Shown piece by piece: positions 14,381 to 27,570 of a DNA stretch of 64,000 bases; position 1 is the first letter of the stretch, and the number at the start of each line of letters is the position of its first letter. The translations under genes were made by a program, and so were the position numbers. The DNA lies in NCBI GenBank assembly GCA_026914245.1, contig CP110439.1, forward strand, positions 4,464,001 to 4,528,000, read 5' to 3'. The stretch is from Puccinia triticina (Eukaryota). The notes below the pieces were generated by a model. That model ran no database searches, was not told where the DNA came from, and saw nothing but the letters and a program-made list of their open reading frames with translations.

Positions 14381-14875
14381 TGTTGTAGATGAAAGTCACG
14401 GTTTGGCACTCTCTAGAGGGTGCCACACTTTCTTCCCTGGTGATTGGTAGTACATAATATGGTATTAGAGCCAAACACAACTGGGTGATATTTTTTGCGC
14501 ATATTCAATTAAAGTTAGGGCTATAACCACAAGTTGGCCATATTTGTATGCACATTCAATTAGACTTAGGGCTAGAACCACAAGTTGGCCGCCTTGTAAA
14601 TAGACTATATAAGGAGCCCTTCCTCCCCCCCTCATCTGAATTCAGCATGTGAACAGTAGCCACCAACCAACCAGTTGTTGAGGGACACAGGGACTGAAAC
14701 AACGGGGGCTACCGTTACTCACGGAGGGGCTTGACAGTGAATGATAGGATTGATATTCAGTGAGGAAAAGAACAGCTAGTGAGAAACCGGTAGACTGTAG
14801 TAGTGGGCTGCTTGGTAGAAGAATATCTAAGTACAAGCATACAAAGACTACATAACGGGCTTCACCATCTCAACA
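14381..14875 (+). mobile_element. Solo LTR, 495 bp, 4-bp TSD CCAG
   Basis: Termini TGTTGTAGATG...CATCTCAACA; CCAG on both sides; TATATAA near 14606. Confidence 0.75.
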
Positions 14876-15184
14876 CCAGTCACTCATCATTTAACAGTGT
14901 GATCTCAAACATCCACTCACCCAACACCTGTGATCATAATCAGGTTCTTAAATAGCTTGTGTCATTGCACATCATCTACATTGTTTGATCTAAGTCTGAT
15001 ATAGACTACTGCACATAGTGATCTCTATCAAGGTTTTTGCCACACCAATAAACAAATTTTGTTGTCAGAATCCTTGTGTAGTACAATAGAGGGGCAGGTC
15101 CTTCAAACCACCCGTAACATAAATATTGCTTAACTGCAATATCATATTTGTTATCTCCTCCTCACAGAACTGCCACCCTTCCCA

Positions 15185-15220
15185 AAAGGAGTTCTCACAT
15201 CTGGCTTCCCAACAGTGGCC
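15185..15220 (+). mobile_element. End of an older LTR followed by a PBS-like sequence
   Basis: ...TTCTCACA-tc-TGGCTTCCCAACAGTGG, nearly the same as the PBS at 30882 (TGGTGTCCCAACAGTGG). Confidence 0.5.
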
Positions 15221-15428
15221 CACAACCTTCAGAAGATCCACAAGTCACCTGATGAATCCCTGCAACCAATGCGAGCGGGTGGGTGGAGGGCAGCAAGGGG
15301 CAGCTCTGGAGACCTCCAATAGCCTGTATAAATGATGTAAGCGGGCTATTGAGTAGGTTGTTTCCAGTCTACATACAGGGATGAAATTCTGAGTGCATAC
15401 AACTGGGATCAGGCATAGTGGTTCATTA

Positions 15429-15627
15429 GGGGGGTTCACAATTGAATTTTACGAAAATTTGGAGCCAAATTCAAGGCACTTATGAACAAAATTTTAAAAT
15501 TTTGGGGAAATGCACAGCAGCAGGTGTTACTGATCAACCAGTGCAGTTGATCAATTTTTTAAAAATATGTTCATAAACACCTTAAAATGGGTCCTAAAGT
15601 TTTGTAAATTTCAATTGTGAAACCCCC
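15429..15627. mobile_element. MITE, TIR GGGGG(G/T)TTCACAATTGAA, TA TSD
   Basis: Inverted termini flanked by TA on both sides; same TIR family as 41240-41260 and 50855-50875. Confidence 0.8.
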
Positions 15628-17211
15628 TATTGCAATAACCCTGGACAAGGATTTCATGGACTGAATGAATGAATTGTAGCTCTCCCTCACAGTATATGAT
15701 GCACTGCGGGTCCAAGGATGTGTAAACTGTGCGCAAATACATACAAACTTTGTTGCCATGGGCGTTTATTGTCCGTTTCATTTTTATTCATACTGACACT
15801 GTTTGGTAACCTCAGGATGAAAGATTGAATTTTCATTCTCTATACAAGTGTTTATATCAACATGTTATGAAAGTTGGCCCATTGCCATATACATTCATGC
15901 TGAAGGTTCTATGAATCAGGTTGCAAGTCATAAACCAACAATATGCTTTTGCAAACGTCTTGGGCTGTAGGGCATTATTCCACTCTTGTCCTCTAGTTCT
16001 CCATGTTTCACAGCCGCCTTGGATTAATTTAACATTTGCTGTCCAAGACCTGAAAGCAATGGCCATGCAGTTCACTCAAACACTGAAATGGCTGTTGGGC
16101 CTTTTGGTGGTGGGGCTTGTAGTTAGGGTGTTTTGGACAAGGTATTTCCATGTGCTGTAAAAATATTTTTGGACTGGATAAAGAAATTATATGGGGCATA
16201 TCTCTGTCTGCAAACAAACTTCCAATCAACAGAGCCGGGCAGGAATCCTTGAAAAAATGCAACCAAACCACCCAACCAAAAAGCATGCTTCCTTGTGGAC
16301 CCGGTGAAACTTCCAAAACAATTGAGAGCAAACCCAAATATTGCTTGCATTCAAGATGGCATAAGATTCTAATCAAATCTATGGAATAGCTCAAAATGTT
16401 GCGAGAAGGCTGACTGTTTTTCACTATACCCGCAATGGCACCTCAGTCCAAGTCTATTCCACCTCTTCCGGACTTATTCTTTGGAGGCGTTAAATACCTG
16501 TCAATGCAAGCAGAGAGTGGGTAGGATTGTGAAGATTGGGGCTGGGCTCAGGTCAAAGTCATGCGCGGTACACAAGCGCACCATATATAACATCAACGCC
16601 CAGGGAGATTACCCCATCACCTCCTTCCCCTTTCAGATCTCAGAGCCCTTTTTCCCATCTTGGGTTAGCAGTTTTTTAGACATTTGGCTCTTTTTTATAG
16701 AAACGTTCTTACAATTTACAACTCATTGACTAGCCTCTCATTTGAGAGTGACATCCCCATCACTTTTCAATCTTACTTCGAAGCCTCAGTAGAGCCTATC
16801 TATATCTTTACCCAAAGTGGATGACTTGCGTTCAAGCAATAGACTTAATTTAGACAGTGAGAAACTTGTGTCCAAGCAATAGACTAAATTTAGCCACTCA
16901 GTCAATTTAGACAGTGAGCATTTTTCTTTACCTCCCCTTTTTTGCAGTTGAGAGGTCTTTTGATTAAGAGATTTTATTTTACGTTATCTTCCTAGTTGTT
17001 TTAAAGCGGTCTATACCTCCTTTTTGGTTGAGAAGAGGGTCCACACAATCCCTTAGCCACTCGGTCATTTAGATGGTGAGTTCATTCTTCACCTCCCGTC
17101 AGGTTGAGAGTACATCACCCACAGGGATCTGATTAGGGGTTCTTTGGTTTGTATGCACATAGGAAGCACGATTTGCTTCAGATAATCTGTTAATCATCCA
17201 AACAGGTGGCA

Positions 17212-18966
17212 ATGGTAGAGAAATCTAGTCAAACGTGTGCCGGAGCGGCTGAACGTAGCGGTGGTGAAGTCACCAGGAGGGATGATTCCGCACCTGTAGT
17301 CCTGGGTGCAGCCTCTGGAGCCCCGTTGGCCAATCCAACAAGCCAGGGCCCTGCCATAAGCGGTGGCAATGAGGACTTCATGTCCACAGAAGAAGGAGAA
17401 GAACTGCCTTCTTTGGGTAAGTGCACTAGTCACTGGAGTGTTCCTTAGGTTTTTGTGCAATACAATCTTCAAAATCCATGCCTAAGAAATCCTTGTCCTT
17501 ATTGACTGTACAGGCAATAAGGCTCTGCGAACAGAGCATGCACAATTGGGTGCACCCGAGTTATCCTCAATCATAGCAATCCCTAGCCTCACAAAAGATC
17601 AAATATCTTACTTCACAAGCTCTGACCCTCCTCCTTAATAGCAGAGCGGGCCCATATCTTGGAGAAGATTAAGGACAGCCAAGCGGCGGGGGACTCCATT
17701 TTGTCTAAACACCTGATGACCATCTGGACGGGTTTAGATAACACATCCAACCAACCAACTAAACCTCTGCTCCCAAGATCTTCCTCTGCAACGCCCATTC
17801 TGGTCACAGTTGATGCAAGAGTGATAGCCAGCTTGGTCAACACCAAACAGGAGCACAATTTGATTCATGCAATTGGGGCAGTTTTGTCTCATCAAGACGT
17901 GGGATTCACTCCCTACTTTGAAGAGAACATTAAGGCGCTTAGAGCACCAATCCCATTGACTATTTTCAACCTTGGTACGCAGTACACATTTATATGTTTT
18001 TTGCTCTCTTTTATTAAGTACAGGCCATTTATAACATGTCACGTTTGTTTTTTTGAATCAGCCTGGAAGAGAAGAGTTATCCTCGCTCACATCAACGGCA
18101 AGGAGTCAAAAGGGTCTGAATTGGACAAGAGTTATAAGGGACTTCCTTATCTGTTGGAGCTGCAATGGAACAAAAATCATAGGGGGTTCTACATTGCACT
18201 CCGCAATGTGTATGGCATGGGGTTATTTGTGGCAAGGTTGCTGGCGCACAAGGAGCACTGTGATGCAATTTCTTGTGGTGTTCATGGACTTTTGACAGCA
18301 ATGTGATATGACATGGCCATCAGAATAACGGCTTTTGCCCACAGGATCCCCTCAAAAGATGGTTTAGCCATACAAGACATATCAGTCTGTCAATTGTTGT
18401 TGGTGGATCAATGTTACACGGTCGTGAGGACTTTTCATGAAGAAGGCTGGACCAAAAATTTGTATGCAGCCAGCTGTTGCACCAGCAATCCAGAGATGGG
18501 CAAGCCGTATGCGCCGGGCGCTCTTTGCCCTTTTGGTTTGAATAGGTTTGGCATGGTTAATATGCCAAACACTTTTTCTCACCCCACCTACGGGTACAGA
18601 GGCCAGTATGGCCACGGAAAACCTTCACACGCCTCTCATTACGGCTCTCAACAACACTATGAACATAATCCTGATTTCATGTACGGCACCAATCCCTTTT
18701 CCAATGGCAGCCCCACTTTTCAAGAGACAATGCGGCCAGGCCGTGGTCACAACCGCAGCTTCCCCCCAGAGTTTCATAGGTCTTTCACAGTGCCAAACTT
18801 CTACCGTTCCGCGGGAAACGGTTTCCAAAGCTCTTTGCCTTATGGGGAATCTAGAAAACAATTCAGAGGCCATAACAGCCCTCCCAGAAAGTACCTAGAC
18901 AATAGGCCCCCAAGATTCAATGCGGCAAGTGGTGCAACAGGCCCTAGTAACATGCAGAAGAAGTAG
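17212..18966 (+). pseudogene. Degenerate multi-exon hypothetical gene, possibly the gag-like ORF of a tyrosine-recombinase retroelement
   Basis: Co-oriented ORF fragments 17206, 17659 and 18313 with intron-like gaps and stops. Family assignment is recollection only. Confidence 0.35.
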
Positions 18967-20203
18967 GTTTTCATCCCCTCCACCCCCCTCTTCACTCTTT
19001 CTGCTTTCTCTCTGGGTTCTTCTACTCGTGAAAGAACCACCCTCATTTTTTCTGCGTGATTGTAGGAGTTTCTGGCAGGGGATTGTGATTTTTACGGTTT
19101 TAATCCTGTGGTTTTTCAGATCCTTTTTGTGATCTAATTGTATTTTTAAATTTGCCCTCCAGGTTGTCCCTGATTAACTGGGTTGAATCAGCAGCCGGCT
19201 GCCCCTGTTCTTGCTCCACCAGAACGGCCGCTGGGGGTACCGCCGCCGGTATGACATACTTGTATGGATTATTCCTTGCTCTCAAGGGGTTGGGTACCCA
19301 GCAAATTGAGTTTTGGCAGGTCAGAAAGCCCCAAGGAAGCAGTCCCGGGTACTTGGGAGCAGGTGTTCAGATTATTTTTGGTATGTATTTTTCTCCTTTC
19401 TTTTGTGTCATTTGGAGGGTTGCAAAATCTCCAAGAATTTTATGAAGGGGCAAGAAAAAATCCCCCTGCTGGCTGGCAGCAAAAAAAAAGTGAAAAATCA
19501 CACATTTTAATTTGCAGTGCGCAAAGAGCCGTTGCAGAAGCGCGCACTGGGGGCTGGACGTCACAACAACAACCCCCAGAGTGCGCAAAGTCAGTCCGTT
19601 TGACTATGTCAAAAGTGTTTCACACAACATAAATTTGACTTGCGGGGGTTTTCATGGCTTTCTGAACAGTTTTTACTTGTAATGGAACTGTGAAAGGCCC
19701 CTTCATTGATCTGTCATCCTAATGTACACGCACATACAAAGGTGAAATTGGGGAAGTGGAAAAAAACTCACATGCATATGCATGGAGAAATTGGAAAACA
19801 AACAAACACAAAGAAAACTCACAAGCTCATATATGTTAAGAAGCCAGGATGTCTAGCTGAAATCTGGAACCACACACCTCCAAGCTTGACTTGAATCATA
19901 TTTTCACCCTACTTTCATCCTTTTTTGGCTCAATTCTTGATGATACCGGCCTTCTTTGGGGAAATATGCTAATTCAGATAGGCCTTTCACATCATTCTAA
20001 CGGGGGTGTACATGTCGTTGATCTGCGGGAGGCCCAAACTGTGATTTGTAACAAACTTACACACATGCACATGACAGTTATATAAACAAAGTGATAACAA
20101 TGACCACCTTCATGTGCATTTAAATAATATGAATTGAACCCCAAGAATTCATCTCAATTAACAAACAGTTCAAATTGAATTATGATTTGATTGTGGGGTC
20201 AGC

Positions 20204-20525
20204 CTAAATGCACTCCAAACTTTTACTTTGTGGACTCCACATTTTTGGCTTTGGGGGGCCAGCACTCCAAAAAATTTGGAGTGCCTTGATTTTGTACTCC
20301 CAAAACATGGAGTCCCCAGATGGGCACTCCATGTTTATTGGAGTACACAACTGGGTACTCCAAAATTGACCAAAATAGGGGAGTGCAGCTAGATGCACTC
20401 CAAAAAAAATGGAGTGCAAGCCCAAGCACTCCACCTTTTCAGTGAAGGATTTTGGCTATGCTCCAGCTGGCAAATACCAAATGGAGTGCATTGGGGTGCA
20501 CTCCAAGTCTCCTGTTTTTTGGAAT
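20204..20525. repeat. Cluster of short inverted repeats (GCACTCCA / TGGAGTGC), likely TE subterminal repeats
   Basis: More than ten ACTCCA/TGGAGT motifs in both orientations. Confidence 0.6.
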
Positions 20526-20649
20526 GCCCACAGCAATCACACCCCTTGATGACCGGTCTGGACCGGTCATTGAGGGGACTCACACAACTGGTCATCCAGA
20601 GGACTCAGACCTCTCAATGACCCGCGCCAACCGGTCAACATGTGTAATC

Positions 20650-20716
20650 CAAGCACTGTAGGGCCAAGTCAGTAGTGCGGTGGGGGACCACGCGCCAATA
20701 CTCTGGTGCCCCAGGT
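20650..20716 (+). rRNA. 5S rRNA 3'-half fragment (5'-truncated pseudogene)
   Basis: caagcactgtagggccaagtcagtagtgcggtgggggaccacgcgccaatactctggtgccccaggt matches my recollection of the Pucciniomycotina-type 5S 3' half; T-rich tail follows. Confidence 0.8.
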
Positions 20717-20774
20717 TTCTTTACCTTTTACTTTTGATGCTTTTCTTTGAGTCTGCTTTTCACATCAAGTCTGA

Positions 20775-20826
20775 GCTTCCCAAAGCGGATATCCTTAGGA
20801 CCCGGGTTTGAGTCCCAGTGGATGTA
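20775..20826 (+). tRNA. tRNA-like 3' remnant (possibly Gly), pseudogene
   Basis: ggacccgggtttgagtcccagtggatgta resembles a T-arm plus acceptor strand with CpG decay; followed by a T6 run; no intact D-arm seen. Confidence 0.45.
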
Positions 20827-20835
20827 TTTTTTGAC

Positions 20836-21221
20836 GTTGTGTTGTGTTGTGTTGTGTTGTGTTGTGTTGTGTTGTGTTGTGTTGTGTTGTGTTGTGTTGT
20901 GTTGTGTTGTGTTGTGTTGTGTTGTGTTGTGTTGTGTTGTGTTGTGTTGTGTTGTGTTGTGTTGTGTTGTGTTGTGTTGTGTTGTGTTGTGTTGTGTTGT
21001 GTTGTTTTGTGTTGTGTTGAGTTGAGTTGAGTTGTGTTGTGTTGTGTTGTGTTGTGTTGTGTTGTGTTGTGTTGTGTTGTGTTGTGTTGTGTTGTGTTGT
21101 GTTGTGTTGTGTTGTGTTGTGTTGTGTTGTGTTGTGTTGTGTTGTGTTGTGTTGTGTTGTGTTGTGTTGTGTTGTGTTGTGTTGTGTTGTGTTGTGTTGT
21201 GTTGTGTTGTGTTGTGTTGTG
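20836..21221. repeat. (GTTGT)n microsatellite, about 77 units
   Basis: Read directly; a few GTTGA/GTTTT variants. Confidence 0.98.
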
Positions 21222-21257
21222 CTCTGAAGTGAGGTGTGTGTTTGTGTTGTGTTGTGT

Positions 21258-21665
21258 CAAAGTTGGTGAGATGTGGAGTTGAGGTGTGTATTGTAAAAGT
21301 TGCAGAGGTGTAAGTTGAGGTGTGTAGTGTAAAAGTTGGTGAGGTGTGTAGTGTCAAAGTTGGTGAGGTGTAAAGTTGAGGTGTGTAATGCAAAAGTTGG
21401 TAAGGTGTAAAGTTGAGGTGTGTAATGCAAAAGTTGGTGAGGTGTAAAGTTGAGGTGTGTAGTTTCACAGTTGGTGAGGTGTAAAGTTGAGGTGTGTAAT
21501 GTCAAAGTCGGTGAGGTGTATTAAAGTTGAGGTGTGTAATGCAAAAGTTGGTGAGGTGTAAAGTTGAGGTAGGTGTGCAGTCTCAAAGTTGGTGAGGTGT
21601 GAGGTGTGAGGTGTGGTGAGTGGTGAGGTGTGGTGAGTGGTGAGGTGTGGTGAGTGGTGAGGTGT
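21258..21665. repeat. Minisatellite AAAGTTGGTGAGGTGTAAAGTTGAGGTGTGTAATGC (~36 bp) grading into GTGAGGTGTG repeats
   Basis: Read directly. Confidence 0.9.
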
Positions 21666-23098
21666 GTGATTTACATTGAGCAGGGTGGACCAACTTTGAC
21701 CCCAGCCAGGGGGAATTTTTACTCCTGCCATACCACATGGGAGTGCAAAACACAACCAATCAGTGTGTACATCACACAACATCAGATGAACCACATACTC
21801 TCTGAGTATATACAGTAGTCACACATCATACACAATATGCTTAAATTCAGCTGGGTTTTAGACAACTCTGCCAAAAGTGAGATTTACTAATGACTCCTGA
21901 AAGATTGACTAATGTCTTCTCTCTCATGACTCATTATGTAGTTTCCAAAAGGTGTTCATGTAACAAATGTTAGCAAGGGAATTCTCTTGATGAGACTTGC
22001 ATTCAGATTTTATTTTAATGTGAAAGGACAAGCAGATATAAGGAAATTGATTGTGCTAGTCAAAAAGCAGCAATGTACTTCTAAAATATGACATGCCTTC
22101 TGATGGAAACAAAGTATGATGTGTAGGGATCATAAAGAAATAATCAACCTACAGTTGTGACATGCTACTCTCTTGGGAATGCTTCATGATAAGCATATGT
22201 GATGGGAAAGTTTGGCATCAAGGCCCAAGGCAGTTAAATTGAAATACACTCAAGGACAGGGAGAGATAAAGCCCAGGACAGAAAGAGCATATCTTTGGTC
22301 CTGCACAAGTCTTGTTCTTTTTTCAAAGAGCCAAGCAAGGTAAAACACTGTGGATATTTTTACTAATAAGCTATGCGGTTTGAATTCAAAATTAGAATAT
22401 CTCTTAAGATGAAAAAAATATGAAGTAACTCACATGCAAAAAGGGCAGAAAAGGCAGACTTTAGGTCAACTGTGCTGACTCTAAGGCTGACAGAATTGAA
22501 GTGTGATAGCAATCATGGTCTTGTGGACAATCCCACCTAGGGGGAACAAGTAGTTGTGGACTGAGAGGATCTTCCGCTCCTGATCAATCCAGAAGGTGCA
22601 GTCTTGCAGCTTATTGTTTGCCTTGACTGAGTGACTGAGGGCTTTTGAGGAAGGTTGATGATTGGGGACGCAAAGTGCCCATCAATGTGCTTGTGAAAGA
22701 TTTCCTGCCGCAGAGTCTTCAGGATAATGTTTGTCTCTTGGTTGTGGATCCGTTGGCAAGGAGCTCTCTCCTTGTGAGGGATGAGACAGTGGTGAAGTGA
22801 TAGATGTATGCCACACAAGTGCAGTACTCCAAGCCTGCAATGATGTGGGTGAGGTGCGTAGCAGAGTTGAAAGACCCATTGGACTTGAGCATGGATAGAA
22901 CCACAAACTTTTTGATTGCGGATTGGACTTGGGAGGCAAGTCTAGCTGGGTTGAAAAGGAGGTAAATGGACCACAACTCCATCAATTTTTGCCAGCAGAG
23001 TTTTGTCAAGGGTGCCATCCGCAGGCATGGGTGAGTCAAAAAAGGCTTCAATGAGTGGGACTAGGGGGCCCTGGTCATCAGCCCAAACCAAAAGGCTT

Positions 23099-23314
23099 CA
23101 CTGCCAGCGTAATTGGCTGGGTTGAGGTTATCCCAGTTAGACTGGGACGCACTTAACCAATTTAAACTTGGGCAATCTCAACTGATGAAATATAAATCCA
23201 AGGTACCCCCCTTGGGTTTATATTAAATTGGTTGAGATCAACCAAGTTTAAATTAGTTGAGTGCATCCCAATTAAACTGGGATGACTTCAACCCAGCCAA
23301 ATATGCTGGCAGTG
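23099..23314. mobile_element. CACTA-type foldback MITE (CACTG...CAGTG), 3-bp TSD CTT
   Basis: Termini cactgccagc / gctggcagtg; CTT on both sides; the element is nearly palindromic throughout. Confidence 0.9.
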
Positions 23315-24137
23315 CTTCAATGAGTGGGACTAGGGGGCCCTGGTCATTGATCAAGACCAAGCAGATTAGATGTTCTTGCCATTGATATACAAAAAGGAAG
23401 AGGCATGTGAAAGACTTTGCATATCAGGTGATGGAGGAAATCTCTTGGAGACCTCAATATGGCTTACACTCCAGTTGAGTTGGCCAATATGTGCAGCAAA
23501 TGGGGGAATTTGGTGATTGATCCCACAAACTTTTTGAGCCACTGGGTCAGAACAGGGGCCCATGTTGTGTTCAATTTGGGGGAAGAAATTGAAGCCACCT
23601 TCTGAGCTGAGCAGGATGCCATGTACTCATTAATGTGGGAGAGAAAGCCAGCTGAAGACAGGAACTGGCTGACTGAGGAAGCGTGGATGTCTGACAAGAG
23701 GTTAGTAGGCCAGTACAATAAGTTCATTGCTCAGAATTGATCTGCGCAGATTTCGGCATCAGGGCATTGAGGAGTTGAAGTAGAAGTGGAGTTGGCAGGC
23801 AAGTGGGCAAATGGCCATTCAACCGGGTGAACAGGGAAGAATTTCTCATGAATATGGCCATAGAGAGATTGGCAATGGACCTTTTGGGTGTGGTCTTTTC
23901 AGTCTGACTTGAGGGCTGGAAGCCAAGTGGGAGGTGTGTTAGTGGGCATACCAGGAGGGATCATTACAAGGCAGGCCTACCAAGATGTGCATTGCGGAAA
24001 TGGTTAACCATTGAAGTTTCCTTGTGTGTTGTGTTACCATCCTCCAAGCAAGTCCAGCTTTAAGCAGGGGGCCCTCAACAGGTTCAGCAGAAATAAGCTT
24101 GGTTATGCCAGGTGGTAGATTGTGGAGTTCTACGTTG

Positions 24138-24383
24138 GGGATGGAGTCTTGGCCAAGCACCTCTGCAAGAGCTTTTTCAATTGTGGGAGCCAATAAAGTG
24201 TCCAGGTAGCTCTGACACTTTGATGCCAATGCTGCAGGCAGAGCAGACAACAATCTTTGCGTGGGATGGAGTCTTGGCCAAGAACCTCTGCAAGGGCTTT
24301 TTCAATTGTGGGAGCCAAGTGTCCAGGTAGCTCTGACATTTTGATGCCAATGCTGCAGGCAGAGCAGACAACAATCTTTGCGT
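24138..24383. repeat. Tandem duplication of about 123 bp
   Basis: gggatggagtcttggccaag...caacaatctttgcgt occurs twice. Confidence 0.9.
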
Positions 24384-25361
24384 AATTGTTGTAAAAGAAG
24401 CTTAGATTGGCCAGGTATTTGTTTGCTGCAGCCACACCCTTATAGCAGTGACAAGAGTTGGGAAGGAGCATGGTAGACAGGAAATGGAACCAAAACGGAA
24501 TTACCAGTTGCAGTGGACCTGGGGATGACAGCAGGTTGGGCTGGGTGGTTTGGCCGGCAAGCTTTGACGTGGTTGTGCAGGTTGGCTGAGTTGGGGTAGG
24601 CAGCCTGGCTTTGTTGGGACCTCTCTGCGTGCCAATGCACATGAACAACCATACCATCAAGGCAAGTCACCTTTGCTATCTCCTGGTGATATTTGCAGCA
24701 GTGGGTTGTATGCTGGTTCTCAGTACCAAAAACTTCTGAGCATTGATTGCAAGGGAAAGGCATAATGCAAGTTGGTATCTTGGTTGTGTCCAGGGGGTGT
24801 GTTGGCAGTTGACGCACTGGTTTGAATGTACTGGTGGAGGTCCTGTTATTGGAGGAGATCCAATGAGTATGAATTTGTAAATTCACACTCTAATTTAGAC
24901 CAAAAATGGCCTTATTTATAGTAAAAAGAGACCCCGTTGGCCGCAAAGTTGGCCTAATTTGGGTGGTTGTGCCAAACCAGCTAAGAGATGATAAGGCCAA
25001 GCTACCGGAGGGGGGATTCCACCACAAAATGCCAAGCAGCCCTGGAGATAACCCTTTGTATCAAATCCCAACATCAAATAGTGTGGATCATTCCCCCTGA
25101 TGTTAAGTTTGGACAAGGAGTAGAATATTGTCCAGGGATAGAGGGTATCAAATCAACATAATCAGGGGAAAGCAACAGTTCAACCAATTCCCTTGTCCAA
25201 AATGGAGTGTCAAAAGGTGGTTACTGCCCATGGGATATAAAGTCACCCTCTTAGGGCAATTCAAGGTACTAACCAATAACCATGTTTTGTGTCACGTCCT
25301 CCAAGGGGGAGTGATCACCGGAGGGCCAGAAGCCTCGTCACTGCTTGTCAGGTGTAAAGTA

Positions 25362-25583
25362 GGAGGATTCAAAGTTGGCCATGCATGACTTGCATGTACT
25401 GTTGCAAGTTGGTTTTCAAGAATTTTCCTCAGCACCAACATTCAAAAAAACCTTCAAGCAGGTTTGGGGGGTGTAGTACAATGTGACTTGCATGCACTTT
25501 TGCAACTCAGTGTTCAAGAATGAACTTGAACACTGACTTGCAAAAGTGCATGCAAGTTGGATCTGGCCAACTTTGAAACCCCC
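25362..25583. mobile_element. MITE, TIR ~GGGGGTTTCAAAGTTGGCCA, TA TSD
   Basis: ta-ggaggattcaaagttggcca ... tggccaactttgaaaccccc-ta. Confidence 0.75.
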
Positions 25584-25690
25584 TAGTAATCACAATATAT
25601 AAAGGCAATGAAACCTTTTCGCCAATTACCACCTTGGGTATCACTTCCCCCTCAGGGGAAGTAAGGCCAGGAGGGGGAAATGATGATTTA

Positions 25691-25867
25691 TGGTGTTCAA
25701 AGTTGGTTTGCATAATATTATGCATGCATAAATCACAAAATCATAAAATCTTTTTTGCAGGGGATATGACTGTCTGATTATGTAATGCAAAATTTCCTCA
25801 CCAAAATATTTTCATGATTTTATGATTTATGCATGCATAAAATTATGCAAACCAACTTTGAACACCA
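25691..25867. mobile_element. Tc1/mariner-like MITE with ~55-bp TIRs, TA TSD
   Basis: ta-tggtgttcaaagttggtttgcataat ... attatgcaaaccaactttgaacacca-ta. Confidence 0.85.
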
Positions 25868-25899
25868 TAATTGGTGCTCATGAGGTGTGAAGTCAACAT

Positions 25900-26460
25900 A
25901 ACAAGGGCAATACAGTCTGATTACCAATTCCCTTGTGTGGTGTCACTACCCCTGAGGGGGAGTGAGCACAGGAGAGCCAAACAGTGATCAATGCAGATGA
26001 AGTATATATTCACCTCAATAAGCGCAATGAACCCTATCCACAAAATAACTTGCTGAGTGTCACTGCCCCTTAGGCCATGTGAAACATGGATGGCCAAAAG
26101 CTATTTACTGGGCTGGAGGTAGAAGGTCCCCATAATGAGGGCAATGTGGCATATTAACCAAATCACTTGTTGGGTGTCACTACCCCATAGGGGAAGATTG
26201 GCATGGAGGTCCAGAAGCTTTTCACTACTTGTGAGGTGCAAAGTCACCATTCTCAAGGCAATGCAATCTAGCAGCCAATTCCCATGTTGGGTGTCACTAA
26301 TCCTGAGGGGGCAAAAGGTGTTTATTGTGCATGACATCTAGAGTAACCGTAATAAGGGTGATGGTACCTATCAACCAATTCCGTAGTTAGCTGTTACTTG
26401 CTCAGAGGCAGAATGATCCCTGCAGGCCAAAAGGTGCTTACTGGGTGTAGGATATAAAGG
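25900..26460. repeat. Degenerate ~117-bp tandem repeat
   Basis: ccaattccc..gggtgtcactacccc..aggg recurs at about 25923, 26040, 26158 and 26275. Confidence 0.65.
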
Positions 26461-26894
26461 TGTCATGGGCCAAGTCAATCTTGAGGACTAAACACCTGTT
26501 CTGGCAGAGCATTTGCCTTGTTTCAACTGGGGAAAATGACATGACGCTTGTCCCACCAGAAGACCTCAAATGACCATGATTGATGGAACCCAATGTGACA
26601 TCTGAATTCCATAATTGGCTTCACCTTCCCTCACAGGAGGTGAGAAAAGGAGTGACAATTTGTGTCCACTGATCATGAGGTATCAAGTCTCAATGAGGAG
26701 ACTATTTCTCAAGGACCCCAATCACTATGAAAAAAAACTCAAGAAACTGCTGTCAGTTGACATGCAAGAACCAGGTTCATACTTTGATCTTTACCCAAGT
26801 TTATCGAGGTTGATACTTTGGCCCTTATTGGTATTTTTCCAGGTTCATTCCATCATCTACAGGTGTATTGCATGCTCACATGAACAGGGTAAAT

Positions 26895-27570
26895 TCACAT
26901 GAAAGGGGTATTTACACATGAAAGGAATAGCAACAAAAAGGTATGCACACATGAAAGGCATATGTGCACATGAAAGGCATATGTGCACATGAAAGGCATA
27001 TGTGCACATGAAAGGGGAATGTGAAAAGGTATTTTTACATATATAAAAGGGAAATGTCCACGTGATGAAAGGGTTATGTATGCACAAAAGGGGTAGGTGC
27101 ACATGTAAGGGGTATTTACACATGAAAGGGATATGCCCACATCAAAAGAATATGTAAACATGAAAGGGTTATGTACACAGGATGAAAGGGGTATTGACAC
27201 ATGAAAGGTATATGTACACATGAAAGGGGTATGGAAACAGGGAAGGGTGATGTAAAAATGATGAAAGGGGTATTTACACATGAAATTAGGGTTATTTACA
27301 CATGAAAGGGGTATTTACACATGAAAGGGGTATTTAAACATGAAAGGGGTATTTACACATGAAAGGGGTATTTACACAGGAAAGGGGTATTTACACAGGA
27401 AAATGGTATTTACACATGAAAGGGGTATTTACACATGAAAGGGGTATTTACACATCAAAAGAGCATGTAAACATGAAAGGGTGATGCATGCATGATGAAA
27501 GGGGTTCATGCACATGAAAGGGATATGTGTACATGAAAGGGTTAGGTGCTCATTAAGGGGGTGTGTGAAC
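26895..27570. repeat. Minisatellite CACATGAAAGGGGTATTTA (~19-20 bp)
   Basis: Read directly; about 30 degenerate units. Confidence 0.92.

Larger units (their letters stand above)
22540..24763 (-). pseudogene. Decayed gene with an N-terminal C2H2-like finger and a DUF3505-like segment
   Basis: MPFPCNQCSEVF...H....H; KIVVCSACSIGI...LPGHL; many stops and frameshifts. Confidence 0.4.

Noticed and set aside
20728..21468. ORFs with HNTTQ / CCVVL repeats
   Set aside because: Translation artefacts of the (GTTGT)n microsatellite.
20836..21665. Telomeric repeat
   Set aside because: Not TTAGGG-like and interstitial.
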